In this document: one piece after another, positions 51,401-64,000 of the stretch
Layout of the letters: every line of letters begins with the position of its first letter
Position numbering within the stretch: position 1 is the first letter of the stretch
DNA from: Cystobasidiomycetes sp. EMM_F5
Lineage: Eukaryota
NCBI GenBank assembly: GCA_051047955.1
Contig: JBPGPT010000016.1
Span: forward strand, 1-64,000
Direction of reading: 5' to 3'
Length of the DNA stretch: 64,000 bases
The notes under the pieces: generated by a model
Databases searched by the model: none
Seen by the model: the letters and a program-made list of their open reading frames with translations, nothing else
What the model was told of the DNA's origin: nothing
Program-made: the position numbers and the translations under genes

Positions 51401-52677
51401 CGCGATGTATCTACTTCATCGAGGGTGGATACATCCAGGCCAAAGCCATCCATTGTTTCGTTTTCGTCTTCGCCCGGTGCCATACTTGCTTGCGCGAGAG
51501 GACTCGGGAGGAAGGGAGTAGTGCTCAATCTCTGTGCCGGAGTCCCAACGAGAGGCATAGGAACAGGCGGGACAGGTACGTCTCTGTTTGCGATCGTGCT
51601 TGACATGCCCGGAGGCGTCTGCATCGACAATACCGTAGGTAAAATTCCAGAGCTGGGCGCAGAGTATGCTCGATCATGGTTGACCTTTGCAAGCGGTGAC
51701 TGCCCGGTCGGTACACCAACACTTGAAGGAGGACTAGAAGCTGCTACACTGCCACCACGAACAGTCTGCGTAGCGTTCCCGCTGACATGAGGAGGGGAGA
51801 ATAAGCTAGCTGCGGATGCAGCCGATGGGGAGCTAGCAGGAGATGACGAGGTAGAGTGCGTTGAGGTGACGGAAGATGGGCCCATCCGCTTTGAGAATAA
51901 GCTCGCATCGAGCGGCTGCAACGGAGGCGAATAGGCCGAGATACCAGATTTGGTTGATGGGGTAGTGCCAACTGGCTGCGCGACTATCGGTGAGACGGGT
52001 ACGCCAATCGTTCTTCCGGGTACAGTAGATAGGGCTAGTGGAGAGGACAGGCGGGAAGGATCACTCAGGGTACGCTGTCGAGCATGATCCTGGCGCGACG
52101 ACGTTCCGATACTGTACGTCGGTACTACATACATTGGCGGGCTGCGACCAGTCTGACTACGACTGGCGACAGTCATTGCACCCGACGACTTGTTGCTGTT
52201 TGAACTAGCATCGGACTCGCGTCGTCTATCTGGCTGCTGCCGCGAGAGACTTGTTCCAAATTCGGCTTCAAGCTCTTCCTCTAGCGGTTCGGGCAGATCT
52301 AGATCCCGATTATCGTGCATCTCATCGCCTGCCTCGGTGTCCGTCTCGTCTTGTTCTGGTAGTCCAGTCGAGTCTTCAAAGTCCAAGTCATCCTTCTCAA
52401 AGTTGGTCACATTGCTCAACGAGCTGTAACGACGGTGAGCCCGCGGAACGCCAATTGCCCCAGGTATGGAGATATTGTAAGCTCTTGAGGTGGATGAAGC
52501 CGCATTGGGTGTAGAAATAGCTGTGGGGTTCTCGGGTGAACGGGCAGGATTAGCATGAGCGCTGCCAGATCCAGACGGAGAAGCGCCAAACGAGCTTAGA
52601 ATACCGGAGTCTGCCCTTGGCCCTGGTGCATTAGCACTATCTTCTGCATCTCTCCTTGACTTCTGCTTTCCCTGCAT
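42461..52677 (-). CDS. RIM15: Rim15/Cek1 AGC-family kinase with PAS, C2HC zinc finger, split kinase and receiver domain; long low-complexity N-terminus
   Basis: IMLEMSLDG (PAS); [80 protein letters not shown]-terminal receiver LIAEDNP..FMDMLMP..AVTS..SKP. Confidence 0.93.
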
Positions 52678-53720
52678 GTTTGCTTCTGCTTGCTATCGTC
52701 GCCGACTATAAGCTAGCGGCACTGCGGGATTTGGGCGCGGCAAATGCGCAGAGTAGAGACTGGCAACAGCCTGGTCGAGTGACGACCGTCGTCTAGCACT
52801 TCACAGGCCAGTCGCATCTCCAAGCATGGCTGTATGCTTGCCGTAGGGTGATTGTGTTGTAGTCCCCGCTCGACGGTCAAGCTATCTTTGGCGGTACCAG
52901 CTGGCGCAAGCAGGAAGCTACAGCGAGCTTGTATGCTGTGGCCGATATGCGAGTGTCGTGTACTGTCCTGGCCTACTGTCCTGGTTGACTTTGCTGGATG
53001 TCCCTGTGACCACGGCGCTCTGATGGAGAGTAGCCCAGCGCTGGGCGATGCGGCTGCAGGGTGCACACTGGCTAGACTGGCCGATATCAGAGTACGGCAG
53101 TCTAGAGGACACTGCTACTCCAAGTTGCTGTCGTCCTCTGATCTTTCACAGTTGCCGTCTCGGAGGTGTGACTCTCTCGCCTTTGCATTCGATTTCAATT
53201 CAAACGTAGACCAGCCCCGACTGGCAGGACCTGGTCAACTTTACAAACAGAGACAAGCAATTTGGGAGCAACCACTGGGCACAACGCAGCGTCCCGTGCT
53301 ACAAATAGCGCCGAGCTGCCCGTTATCACTGCGTGAGCAGATGTCTAGCATTTCGGCAGAGTTCCTGCAATCTTCGCGCGCGTAAAGTGTCTCGAGAGGT
53401 CGCGGTGATGACCTGCCGCTGAGCAGGAGAGGCGGGCAGATGAGTGGTCGATATGCTTTGCGTTCTGTTATAATACGTCTGGTCTTTGCAAGTCACGGCT
53501 GCACTTATGTTGATTCTCCCAACTGTTCGGACCTTAACGTGATGGAGGCTAGACCGTGACGCGAAGGGCAGAGGAGGTTCAGCGCTGTTTAGCGTATCAA
53601 ATCATTACTCGCGACGCTTGACATTGCACAGTGTCTGCTGGAGCGCTAAAACAACTTCGCAGAAGGTTTATTTTGCTTTGCATTGTCCAGCGAAGTGCTC
53701 TTGACTCCGCTGGCATCCAC

Positions 53721-54919
53721 ATGGCGTTAGACACGCTGACTATTCCGGCGCCCGCTGACTTTCGTGCGTCGTAGTTCTGTTCAGCAGGTCCTCATTATCT
53801 GACGGCGAGTTGGAAAGAGCAGATGTGCACTTTCGTGATGGGGCTCTCCGAAAGCTGGTCACACCGAGCGTCAAGGCCGGCGGAATGAGCTTAGCGCTCG
53901 CTATGCCAAATCTCGTACCTCCTGTTACTACGACCGAGATGGCCGTCGCATATCGCGAGAGACTCAAGAGCGATTGTCCAGAACTAAATCTCGTAATGAC
54001 CCTCTTCCTGTCGCCAGACCTCACAGTCGAAGAAGTCGGTAGAGCACACAGAGCTGGAATTAAAGGCGTCAAGAGCTATCCTCGCGGAGTAACGACAAAC
54101 AGCGGAGCAGGCGTCGAAAGCTACGAGCGATACTATGATGTCTTTGCCGAAATGGAACGGCTCGGTCTCGTCCTCAATCTGCACGGCGAAGTACCCAGCT
54201 CACCGGCAGACGATATCAGCGTACTCAACGCAGAAGAACAGTTTCTGCCAAACCTTATCCTCCTGCACAAGCGATTTCCAAAGTTGCGCATCGTTCTGGA
54301 ACACGCAACTTCCGCTGCGGCAGTCGAAGCAGTCAAATCGTGTGGTCCGACAGTAGCATGCACGATAACTGTGCATCACCTAGCACTCACGATAGACGGC
54401 TGGGCAGGACAGCCCATGAATTTCTGCAAACCAGTAGCGAAGAGAGCGTCAGACCGCGAAGCTCTCCGACGGGTCATAGCTGAGGGACACAAGCAATTCT
54501 TCCTTGGCAGTGACTCTGCACCACATCCTCTGCGCAAGAAGTCACCTAGCTTGCACGACCACGTACATGCCCAACTTCAGCCGTCAGCCTCATCAGAAGC
54601 TTCGAACGAATGCCCAAGCTGCGCAGCCGGTGTCTACACCAGTGCTGAGCTTCTCCCTCTCCTTGCCGAAATATTTGAGGATGATCGCCTCGGCACGAAA
54701 ATCCCATTGGAGAGACTGGCTGGATACGCCTCAACATTCGGTCGTGACTTCTACCAAGAGCCGATACAACCCTCCGAAAAGCCTGTGATACTGAAGCGAT
54801 GCACACCAAAGAGGCGTATACCTGAAGGCTATGCTTATACGGCTGAAGATGGGCAGACTGAGTATATTCGCTCTTTCTATGCTGGCCAAGCTATTGGCTG
54901 GCAAATCTCCGAAGCGTAA
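53721..54919 (+). CDS. URA4: dihydroorotase (homodimeric type)
   Basis: Intron 53764-53822 gives PADF-HVHFRDG; MPNLVPP, KSYPRGVTTNS, LNLHGE, LEHAT, FCKPVAK, FFLGSDSAPHP. Confidence 0.95.
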
Positions 54920-54931
54920 CTAGATCTACGG

Positions 54932-55943
54932 TTAGAATTGCGCAGAGTACTGCTTTGCACACTCCAAACCCGTTGCAATGTGCATCAACCTGCAGCACCG
55001 TCAGTAATGATTTGAACCGATATCGCTCCACAGCAGCTTACCTAGCATCGACAGCATAACCCAGCTTGTCGTAATCCATAAGGGTTTGGTAGAGATCCTT
55101 GATGGCAACAATACGCTTTTCGATGAATTCGCCTTCATCGAGGTGCTGCTCAGGCTCGACTAGCTCGTCGCCCTCCTGTAGCTCTACTCGGATTGTTGAC
55201 AAGCACATGTTGGCGGACGTCATGCCTGGATCTGACCATATCACTGGAGACACCTTGTCTGTCTTGCCCTTGTAGCCTGTCTCCTCGTACAACTCTCTCT
55301 CTGCAGCTTCAGACGGTTGCTACGTGGGGCATTGTCAGATTAAAATGGTTCTTCGATGTAGACGGTTCTTGCATACCTCATCCGCATCGACGAGACCAGC
55401 TGGCAATTCCACGCAGATAGCGTTGACTGGCGGTCTAAACTGCAGAACAATGACTGTAGACAGCGGTTCTGTTGCATTGGCATCGTCAGCATCATCGCCA
55501 CACTTGCACTTAGCAGGACACACTTGACGGGTGCGATATGAGCGCCAACATGGCTACGGCATCCACTCCAGCTTTTCCACGAGTCTTTCTACTCGCGCAT
55601 TCCCAGACTGTTACGATGTTTCAGCAGTGTCTTCTCACATCCGCTTGTGGATCGCAATTACGTACCTTTCTGTGACACAGAGGTGCGATCCGTCAGCGGA
55701 CGCACGTTCGCCATAAACCGAGCGCACCTCTTGACCGCCAGCGTTTCTCCACTTTATCCCTTCAAGCGATACCCATTTCGGCTCCTTTAGCTCCTCCTTG
55801 CTGAGCACCTTCGAATCTTTGAGCGTGTCTGCCGGTTTCGCTAATGACGTTGCTTTCGAAGAGCTCATGGTTCTGAGGATTTGCTGTCGACCGAGAATTT
55901 TAATGAGGCTTCCAAGTCTTGCAGCAGTGCTGTTCACGGTCAT
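54932..55943 (-). CDS. YSA1: ADP-ribose pyrophosphatase (Nudix, NUDT5/Ysa1)
   Basis: QFRPP..ELPAG; complete Nudix box GLVDADE-QPSEAAERELYEETG; SDPGM; LDEGEFIE; VDARL. Confidence 0.9.
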
Positions 55944-56052
55944 TCAACGTTGATGCAGCGAAAGCCAGGCGTGGTCAAGTAATTCGTCGACCGCAAAGGC
56001 TGCACGTGATTTTGACAGACCGTCATGACCGCTCCCAGCGGAGGTTGAATGC

Positions 56053-57559
56053 ATGCTAACACGCTCTGGTGGACAGCTGCACAAGCTTCTTACAAGATCG
56101 TTTGCCCGAATGTCTAATCCGAGCTCGTTTGGCCGCACCGTCAATGCTTCCGAAGTTGCTGCTCCCTTCAGCAGAGAAATCAGCGAAACAATATCATCCT
56201 GGGTCGATTCTGGCAAATCAAGACCGAAGCTAGTTGGGTTTCTCGTTGGGACCAAAGACAGCCCATCGGCTGTGTACGCTGACTGGACGAGAAAAGCCTG
56301 CGAATCAGTTGGTATCGAGTATGAGCTGAGAAAAATCGGAGGACACGACAGTAGCGAAAGACAGGGGGAGGCCGCTGAGCAAACGAGCGTTGGAGGAAGT
56401 GCCCTTAGCGCTGCAGATCTCGAAGCTGCAATTTTAGATGCTAACGATGACCCGTAAGCCGCACTAGAGCAACTCGTATCAAGAGCTAACGGTAGTATCC
56501 TCAGGAGCGTGAACGGCATCATGGTATGGCTGGCATGAGACGACAACGCGGTAGATAAAAGCTTATAATATTTGAAAGGTGTATTATCCTACTGGCGCAG
56601 GACAAAGGCAAGACTCGGTAGGCGGAAGCTAACGTATCCATAGCAAGCACAATCTAAATCCCCATGCAGTACATCCAGCAGGTTGTTACGAGAGAGAAGG
56701 ACGTGGAGGGTTTGAATTTCAGCTACCTGGTATTCTTCTTTTTCATGGCATATTCTGGCTCCTGCCATGCTAACATGTACATTCAGTTCAATCTATACCA
56801 CAATATCCGCCTTCTGGATCCACGCACACTGTCACTATCACTCGCACACAGCGCCAAAGATTCGGCTAGGATACAAGCTAACGGCGTCGACCCGTCCAGA
56901 CCGTTAGTAAAATGTACGTAAACTGCAGATATAGTTGGCTTACGGCAGATAGCTGATTGCGGATCATATTCACCACAGCTATCCTGCCGTGCACCCCCTT
57001 GGCGATCGTCAAAACGCTTGAGCATATCGGTGTGTACAATAGCGTCCTGCCATTCGGGCAGCGTGCATATGGTCGGGTCATCACCATCATCAATCGCAGC
57101 GAGGTGGTCGGACGACCTTTGGCAGCCTTATTAGCAAATGACGGGGCAAGGGTCTTCTCTGTCGACATTGACAATATCCAAGAATTCAATCGCAGAGCCA
57201 AGACTAGTGCAAAGACCAGTACCGCTCTGCCGCATCATACGGTCCGCGATTCCTCTCTCACCCTATCTCAATGTCTGTCTCAGTCAGACGTCGTGATTGC
57301 GGGAGTACCGAGCAAATCATACAAGGTCCCCACAAGCGAACTCAAGGACGGTGTTGTGGCAGTCAACTTTTCGTCAGACAAGAATTTCGAATCGGACATC
57401 AAGGATAAAGCTAGCATCTACGTTCCTGCAATCGGCAAAGCGACTATTGCTATGCTCCAGCGCAATCTGCTTCGCCTGCAAGAATTTCAGATGATCCTAG
57501 CGAGTCCCGAGCCGAAGGAAGCCGCAGCAGAAGCCCAGGCTGGCGTCAATCCATCTTGA
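56053..57559 (+). CDS. MTD1: NAD-dependent methylenetetrahydrofolate dehydrogenase (alternative start 56110)
   Basis: PKLVGFL..YADWT, NGIMVYYP, KDVEGL, ILPCTPLAIVK, INRSEVVGRPLAALLANDGARVFSVD, YVPAIGK..LQRNLLRL. Confidence 0.93.
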
Positions 57560-57718
57560 TGGTAGCCTTGCTTGATCTCGTCCACATATGCCAATCTCAA
57601 ATTATGCCATGAGAAAGCTGACATTTCGATTCAAATCGAATTTGATCGGGCAACCAGAACCACTCGCGGTTTCAGCCCAGCCCGGCCCAATCAGAATGGT
57701 ACTGCGTCGCGACATTCG

Positions 57719-58690
57719 TTATGCTGCAGCAGTAGTCCCGACAGCGGCTGCGGTCCCAAACATGTCTGGCGCGCCGACTTCCAATTTCGATCTTTCTCCT
57801 TGCAAGACCTTTTGAACCCATTCCAACCTGTTTTTGTTCTCACTGCGACATGAGGATGGGGCGTAGGGTGGGTCGACCATAACTTCGTCCAACACAACTC
57901 TGCAGAATTGCACAGCAGCAAGCGCATCAGATTTAGGGGCATAGACGAAATTATCAAAGACGCCAATCAGTACATATTGTCTCTAGCACTGTAGGGAGAT
58001 TGGCAAGAAAGGCATTCCAACTTACATGCTTTTGCCTGTCCACCGTACGGGCATTGTCTTGCCAAGCGCATCGAAAATGTCGGCAGCAAAGGGCAACACA
58101 CCAGGCGGCGGTTCTCGTGCTATGCGACGACTCTCATCGCGAAGTGCTACTTGCTCTCGTTCCTTCAAGCGTGCTGTATCCACCGTTTTGATGTCGGTAT
58201 TTGATAGAGGTTCTGGCGCTGCAGCAGGATAGACGATGGTGAAGCTGGAAATAGATGCCAGGCGGACTATACGGAAAGAGCTGGGAGGTGTTTGCAGGAC
58301 TAATGCGCCACTTGTCGTATCGTAGCACCATAGTCTGCCTTGTATTGTCGATGGGCTAGTAGAAGACGTTGACGGCTCTCCATTCGCGCTCTGCCCGCCA
58401 GACTCGACAGTGAGAAGCAGCTCTCTTCCTATCAAGTTTGCGAGCTGTATGCGCTGTCCGTTGTCCTGCTGTCCGGAGTTTGCTGTAATCGCATGATTTT
58501 GGGGATTTGAGGATGATGCTGCGGAGTATCCACCGCTGCCCGATCCGCCAGTCACATTTCTGTTGTTGCCAAAGTTGCTATGTGGACCGCCTCTTGCGTT
58601 CTGTTGATGCCCTTGCTGATGACCATGCGGCCCATTGCTGCGATTGTACCCTCCGCGCTGCTGGCCTGTCGCCGCCGACGCCGACCGCAT
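57719..58690 (-). CDS. LSM12: Lsm12 (LSM + anticodon-binding AD domain) protein
   Basis: IQGRLWCYD..LVLQ..FRIVRLASI (LSM); [40 protein letters not shown] (AD), joined by an intron at about 57900-58025. Confidence 0.8.
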
Positions 58691-59038
58691 GACACGCTAC
58701 GTCCCCGTCTTGCGTGTGAGTGCCAACGCCTCTTTGACGGAATTTACTTACAGCAGCGAGACTCGGCCCAATGGGCTTTCGTGCGGCAAGAGGCAACCAC
58801 ATGCAAGCCACTGAAGGATATTGAACGACAATTAATGCTGGCGGGATTTAGCGGGCTTCAATACATCCTTGAGACTGCTCTATGCTGTCTGAGAATTGAT
58901 GGAAATGTTCGAACGTCGGGACCTACTCTGATTTGCTACATACGATAAAAGAATGATTAGACAAGCGTGTTAAAATCTACCTATTTACGCAATTTACGCC
59001 CTCTGTTCGTCAACTCCGAATAGCTACATGTCCGTATC

Positions 59039-60714
59039 TCAACAGTTATATCCCCCGCCGAGCGTGAGTGGTCGCCCTACATTGGTCTGCGGAGATTGCC
59101 TCGACTCCTGCGGGTTGGCACCGACTGGAGCATCCTGTGACGGCCGCGAGTGCGTTGAAGCCGGTGCGTCTGATGAAGCAGCAGCAGGTTCCTCAGCTGC
59201 TTCCTCGACAGCTTGTCGAGCTTTCGCTAGGTCGTGTCGGCATATGGGACACAAAGAGGAGACTTTCAGAAGCCATGGTACCACACACTGCACAGCGACT
59301 GAATTAGCATTCACAGTTTCGACAGTTGAAGCATCACGCTTACAGCATCATGGAAGCGATGTCTGGCATCGCACGGCAAGACCCGCACATCATCCCCGTC
59401 CTCGAATTCGAGTAGGCAGATCGGACAAGCTATATCGTCATCGATATCGGGCGCGATACTTGGCCCCGGTTTGCATTGCTGTGGCGTGACGGCCATCTCG
59501 GACGCGTCTTTACCCGACTCTGAATCCTTCTGATCTGCTTGATCAGCAGGCACGCTACCTGAGTGAGGCAAGTCGAGCATTTCCACTTCATTCTTGTCGA
59601 GGCTATTCACAGACCTCGCGGGCTCATCGTTGGCAGATGTTTCGCCAGCCTTTTCTTTGCTTGAAAAGTGCTTGACAATTGGAATCGTATCTAGTATAGC
59701 CTGCGATAGGCCTGCAATGCGAGTTTGTCCGGCATCACCGAGAGCTGCGTTGGGCGCTCTTGGACCATACCGGCGTGGATTACGTACGGTACGTCTCCAA
59801 GCCAGCCCAATCAAGACGAGGAGCAAAAGACTTGCAAGAACGGCAGCAAGGGACAGACTCAGTAAAACAGGATTGATTGTCGTGAACCCGGATGTAGACT
59901 GGGAGGACTTGACCGTAATGCCTGCATTGATGGTGGCCTGGCCGTTTGAAACTGTCGCCAAAAGGTAGGGAGATCTTGACCCGTCGGCACCCGAAGGAGG
60001 CACTGCTGTGACGGACCCGGCGCCAGGAACTAGTTGCAGGTTGGAGCCCACATTTTGGAGACTTGTAATCTGCGCTTGTATCGCCGAGTCGACAGATGTG
60101 AGGAGGGTTGCATTGTAGTATCGTGCACTTGAATCGACGCTATTGTACGCCAGGCTCAAGGTAGTCACGACATCCATTCCGACGACTGTAAAGACATCGA
60201 GGGAGCCATTGTTGGCCTTTGCGTATTCGTTCGTGACGGCACAGGTAGTATTTGTTGTCGAGTACAGAATGCTAACTCGCGCACCGGCGTTATTCGCAGT
60301 GACGAGCGCATCAGATGTATCGCTGGCTGAAGCGATGCCAGTGCTGCCATCGCAATTGATGAAGGAGACCCACGGCGTGCTGGTAGGTGGTAGGGATGCC
60401 AACGAAGCATTCAATTGGACGAATGCTCCCTAAAAGGACAATCAATCTTTCTCTCCCCTACATCGCTCGTTACATGGACCCACTCTGAACAAGGCCCGTT
60501 GACTATTGGAACTATTGACCAATTGGCGAGCCAGCCCAACGACGACCACGTAGCCGGTCTGCCAGTTGAGTTGTACCCAGTCGGTAGCTTGGACTCCATT
60601 TGACAGTGTCTGATTTGTCGGGGTTGCAGGAACATACCCAACGGCGAAAGAGGGGAAGACGATTGCTGCTGTCAGGAGATGCAAGAGCAAAGTCCAGAAT
60701 GCCCCGATAAGCAT
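59039..60714 (-). CDS. signal peptide / luminal PA-like / TM / RING-H2 E3 ubiquitin ligase
   Basis: Signal-like MLIGAFWTLLLHLL; WVSFINCD and [95 protein letters not shown]. Confidence 0.88.
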
Positions 60715-61214
60715 GACGGGCAGAACAGTTGGCAAGGTCAGCAGGAGCAGCAGTGAGCAGACATGACGCGGAAAGCAACGATGGTGTCTAAGTCTAATTA
60801 TACCCCGATCGATATCGTCCGCGGAGCCCCCGCGTAAAGCGGTTATAGACCTTGGAATTGCTCAAAGTTCTGAAGATGACGGCTGACCGGAATTGTAGCT
60901 ACTTGAATCAACTAATCGTCGCCGCCGCAGACACAGTCTTGCGATGCGCGTCACAACAAAGTTGACGACTTGAACACCGTGGCCGACCCTCCACGACGCA
61001 GCGACCAGCATAACGACCCTGCCTGGGCGCAGGTCACCAGTCAAAGCTCCCTATGACTGACAGTATTACATCGGCACCGCTAGCAGAGCCTCGACTGCGG
61101 AAAAGGCGGGACAGGCCGCCGCCGGTTTACACCAGGGCTTGTACTGCTCACCTCTAGCCCATCTTCAAGCTTGATTCATTTAACCGAAGGCACTACCAAT
61201 ACTTCGTCTAAGCC

Positions 61215-62009
61215 ATGTCTCCGCAGCACAGGCGTAAACAAAACAATGTTCTTTCTACTCTAGCGACAAGCGGATCGCGGTTCAGGGCAGACGAATACGT
61301 TCGAACACAGAGTCCAGGAGGCACGCTTAGGTAGGCCTATTCTGGACCGGATTGAGGCGCGTTCTTTTGCTCACACACGCGTGCATGCAGGGAGCAATTT
61401 CGTGGATTTCACTACGCCAACCCAAGACCAAATCCTGTTGCTGCCGCGTTGAACGCGCTAGCAGCGCCATTTATGCGACGTAATAGCGACAGTTCCATGT
61501 CTTCAATGTCTTCAATGTCTTCCAACGAGGATCTGTGCTGTGGCTATGATCCTTATGCAAATCGTCCGCACGCATCCCGATATCCAGAGCAAGGCAGCCA
61601 GCAAGGAAAACAGTCCCCGCCTTTGGTATTCAACACGCCTATCTTCTCCGGGGGCCCCGGATACAATTCGGGCATTGACACTACGTCCGTGGCAGAATAC
61701 TCCGTACCAGGCTCGCAACGGTCATCCACTGTATCACCCCGTAGCAGCATGTTGGGATTTCAAGAATACGGCGTAGCAACATCTAACAGCCACAAACCTC
61801 CAAGATATAGCCAGGTTGTCCCAGCGGATATCGCAGAGGCCATAAGCCGACAAGGCAGTGCGATGGGAGGGCGTCGGAATAGTGGTGCAACTGGCAGCTC
61901 AAACTTTTCTCACGCCAGCCAAAACCCCGAACATGTTCCGGCGCCGAACTTGCGTGGTGGATCAACATCAAGCAACTCTCGCCGCCCATCTAAAACCAGT
62001 CAACACTGA
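61215..62009 (+). CDS. Ser-rich hypothetical protein (2 exons)
   Basis: ATG 61215; an intron near 61331-61390 (gtaggc..gcag) joins to ORF 61449-62009; disordered, contains PPRY. Confidence 0.55.
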
Positions 62010-62935
62010 TAAGACCGCATGATTAACCTCCTTTACATGCAGAGCTGCGGTATGCGTCACTCAATGATATATCTGATATATCTGAAGCTGAGCAAAGACT
62101 CCCGTTTGCCGTTGCGTTACTTCCCTAGAATTTTCGCTGGAGGTGCCAATAAAAATTGTTTCCGCACTGATCCACTGTCAATTCATCCGGGTTGTTACTC
62201 AGAATGTATTACGCTTCGCACTCTCTCCCCTGTATGTAGTCTAACACATATGCCAGGCGCTTACAAGCCTTCAGCGTCTGATTTCTGCTTCATGAGAGAC
62301 GCTGTGGCCGACCTCGTTGAATGGACATAGACGGGACGGTCGAGATTCTGCGCCATGCGTCCGAAGTATTTTGCTAACCAGAATCACAGATGCTTAGGAT
62401 ATGGAAACCGGATACGTGGGAACTTCGGGAAGTAAGACGGTTGCTGTCTCAAGAAAAACATCGCCACAAGCATACCAGGGATAGCCTCCGCACAGACAGA
62501 AAAGCCTCGCGTGGCGGTGGTGCGGATGTTGGCCACACTACAAGATAGACAGCCTCTTTTCACAGCAGCACCAATTCTGCTCCCGTGCATCTTGCTACAT
62601 CGTTTTAACTTCGCGTACTTCTCATCTCTCTCTGTCACATTGTCTGATATTCCCCTAACACCGTCGTCATTCATCTTCGTCATACAGTGTCGCGCTTCTT
62701 GACATACCTCGCCATCATTTACTCCTTCCATGAGCCATATTGGACGAGGTCCCGGAGCAAGAACTCCCACGAATGTAGGCGAGTACACGATTGAGAGACC
62801 TAGAACGTCAGTTGCGTTTCGCTTGCACTGGGCATGCTGAGCTGACCGTCTCAAAAATGGTACTGCAGGCGACGCGAGAATCCTCGGCAGAATCCCCTTG
62901 CTTTCGATGACAGCAACGGTACGCTCATCTCCGAT

Positions 62936-63766
62936 ATGGCTGGTCATCTCGGTCGCTTGCTCTCCCCTCGCAACTTGACGCCGTTCAGGCCACCAATACC
63001 GCAACTTCCGGCCTCGAGCAGTCATTCCCGGACCCCTGCCAGCGGAGCATCATCAAGTGCCGGAAGAGACTCCGCGCCCGTGACTACCTCACGCGGACGT
63101 CATAAGCCTTCTGATTCAGACCCTATTATTGCTGGACAGTCCGCAAGTATTACACCAGGCAGTCTCGGTAGACGTCCTCCATCATCCGATGGGAGCAGTC
63201 CTTTCGATCCGACGAGAGTCTTTCCTCCTGGACCGCCTCAAGGCTCAATTTCTTGGTTTACTGGCTTTACCCGGCCCCCGCCTCCACCTCAATCCGCTTC
63301 CGTGTCACCGGTCATTCGTCCAAAGACCGCGACAGGAGTCTATGGTACTTCCATCCCACCGATAAGATCTACTGACGGCTTTATACCCCCAGTGCGTTTT
63401 TCTACTCCAGCGAGGCCAGCCACTACGGCCCCAACTTCTCATCCGAGCATATCGGCCGTAACGGACAGACGGTGTTCTTCGCTCGGTCTTCGACAGGCGC
63501 CTCCCTTGATTGGGTCAGATCCCGCTGTTCGTCCACCATCGCGAGGTGATGGGGCTGGAAAAGGAACACCTAGGGTGAATTCGCCAGCATCGTCGTCCAG
63601 CGACGAAAGAATTGTTTTTGTTCCGCGCAAGTATCGCTCTGCGACCGCTTCATCATCCTCTGGCACGACTCAGAGCGTCAAGAAATCTCTTCATTCGTAC
63701 CAAGGAAACGTCAACATGGCGGAGCTTGGTATGCGGACGAAATCAAGGTTTTTCCCACCTCAGTAA
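62936..63766 (+). CDS. Pro/Ser-rich hypothetical protein
   Basis: 276-aa ATG-started ORF, low complexity, no recognised domain; may be spliced further. Confidence 0.5.
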   Translation: MAGHLGRLLSPRNLTPFRPPIPQLPASSSHSRTPASGASSSAGRDSAPVTTSRGRHKPSDSDPIIAGQSASITPGSLGRRPPSSDGSSPFDPTRVFPPGPPQGSISWFTGFTRPPPPPQSASVSPVIRPKTATGVYGTSIPPIRSTDGFIPPVRFSTPARPATTAPTSHPSISAVTDRRCSSLGLRQAPPLIGSDPAVRPPSRGDGAGKGTPRVNSPASSSSDERIVFVPRKYRSATASSSSGTTQSVKKSLHSYQGNVNMAELGMRTKSRFFPPQ

Positions 63767-64000
63767 CAAGACCCCACTATAAAGCCGCAGCAGTAGTTCA
63801 CGGGTGTACAAAGGCAGACTGAAATCTACTTTTGTTTGCAAGTAGGCGTGATATTGGCACAGTGCACGAGACAGCCTATGCGAATTGTCGGAGACCCTCC
63901 TACTTTGCGTACAAGCGGCACCCTGTCCTCTACTGCTTCCTCGCCAGCTCCATCATGATTTGCAAAGCGACTGATCAATCTTGCTCCATATCCCCTGAGT

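Noticed and set aside
48909..52677. Two long Ser-rich ORFs as separate genes
   Set aside because: Same strand, separated by intron-sized gaps with splice signals and collinear with RIM15; best read as its N-terminal extension
61494..61523. 9-nt tandem repeat encoding SSMSSMSSMSS
   Set aside because: Ordinary low-complexity coding repeat
62384..63025. 213-aa minus-strand ORF
   Set aside because: Overlaps the start of the plus-strand ORF, unnatural composition, no motif

Overview
Gene-dense, intron-rich eukaryotic DNA from a basidiomycete fungus. The evidence is GT-AG introns mostly 45-100 nt long with CTRAY-like branch sites, CPL1/PriA-like and DUF6533-like families, and a giant Rim15. The exact lineage cannot be fixed from the sequence alone. 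I spliced about 25 protein genes by hand: a CPL1-like secreted protein, two MFS transporters, a Gfo/Idh/MocA oxidoreductase, BSD2, an Apd1/Aim32-type ferredoxin, ALDH7, RPN11, METTL5, a Far1/Ste5-type RING-PH-vWA scaffold, a DUF676 lipase, Srk1/Rck2 kinase, an F-box protein, RIM15, URA4, YSA1, MTD1, LSM12, a PA/TM-RING ligase and several orphans. No tRNA, rRNA, transposon or CRISPR is supported. The most interesting signals are invisible in the ORF track. (1) A tandem pair of 11-exon, 7-TM GPCR-like orphan receptors share identical 6-nt and 14-nt micro-exons and a TM3/ECL2 cysteine pair. (2) A 2-nucleotide exon is needed to build METTL5, whose catalytic NPPF motif reads NAPF. (3) A symmetric 54-nt cassette exon in Srk1 is flanked by unusually long introns. 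(4) There is a possible 26-nt intron. (5) A head-to-head YSA1/MTD1 pair both have two in-frame start codons and presequence-like extensions. (6) There is an intronless Cys/Asp-rich orphan protein. Family assignments come from motif recognition, not database searches.
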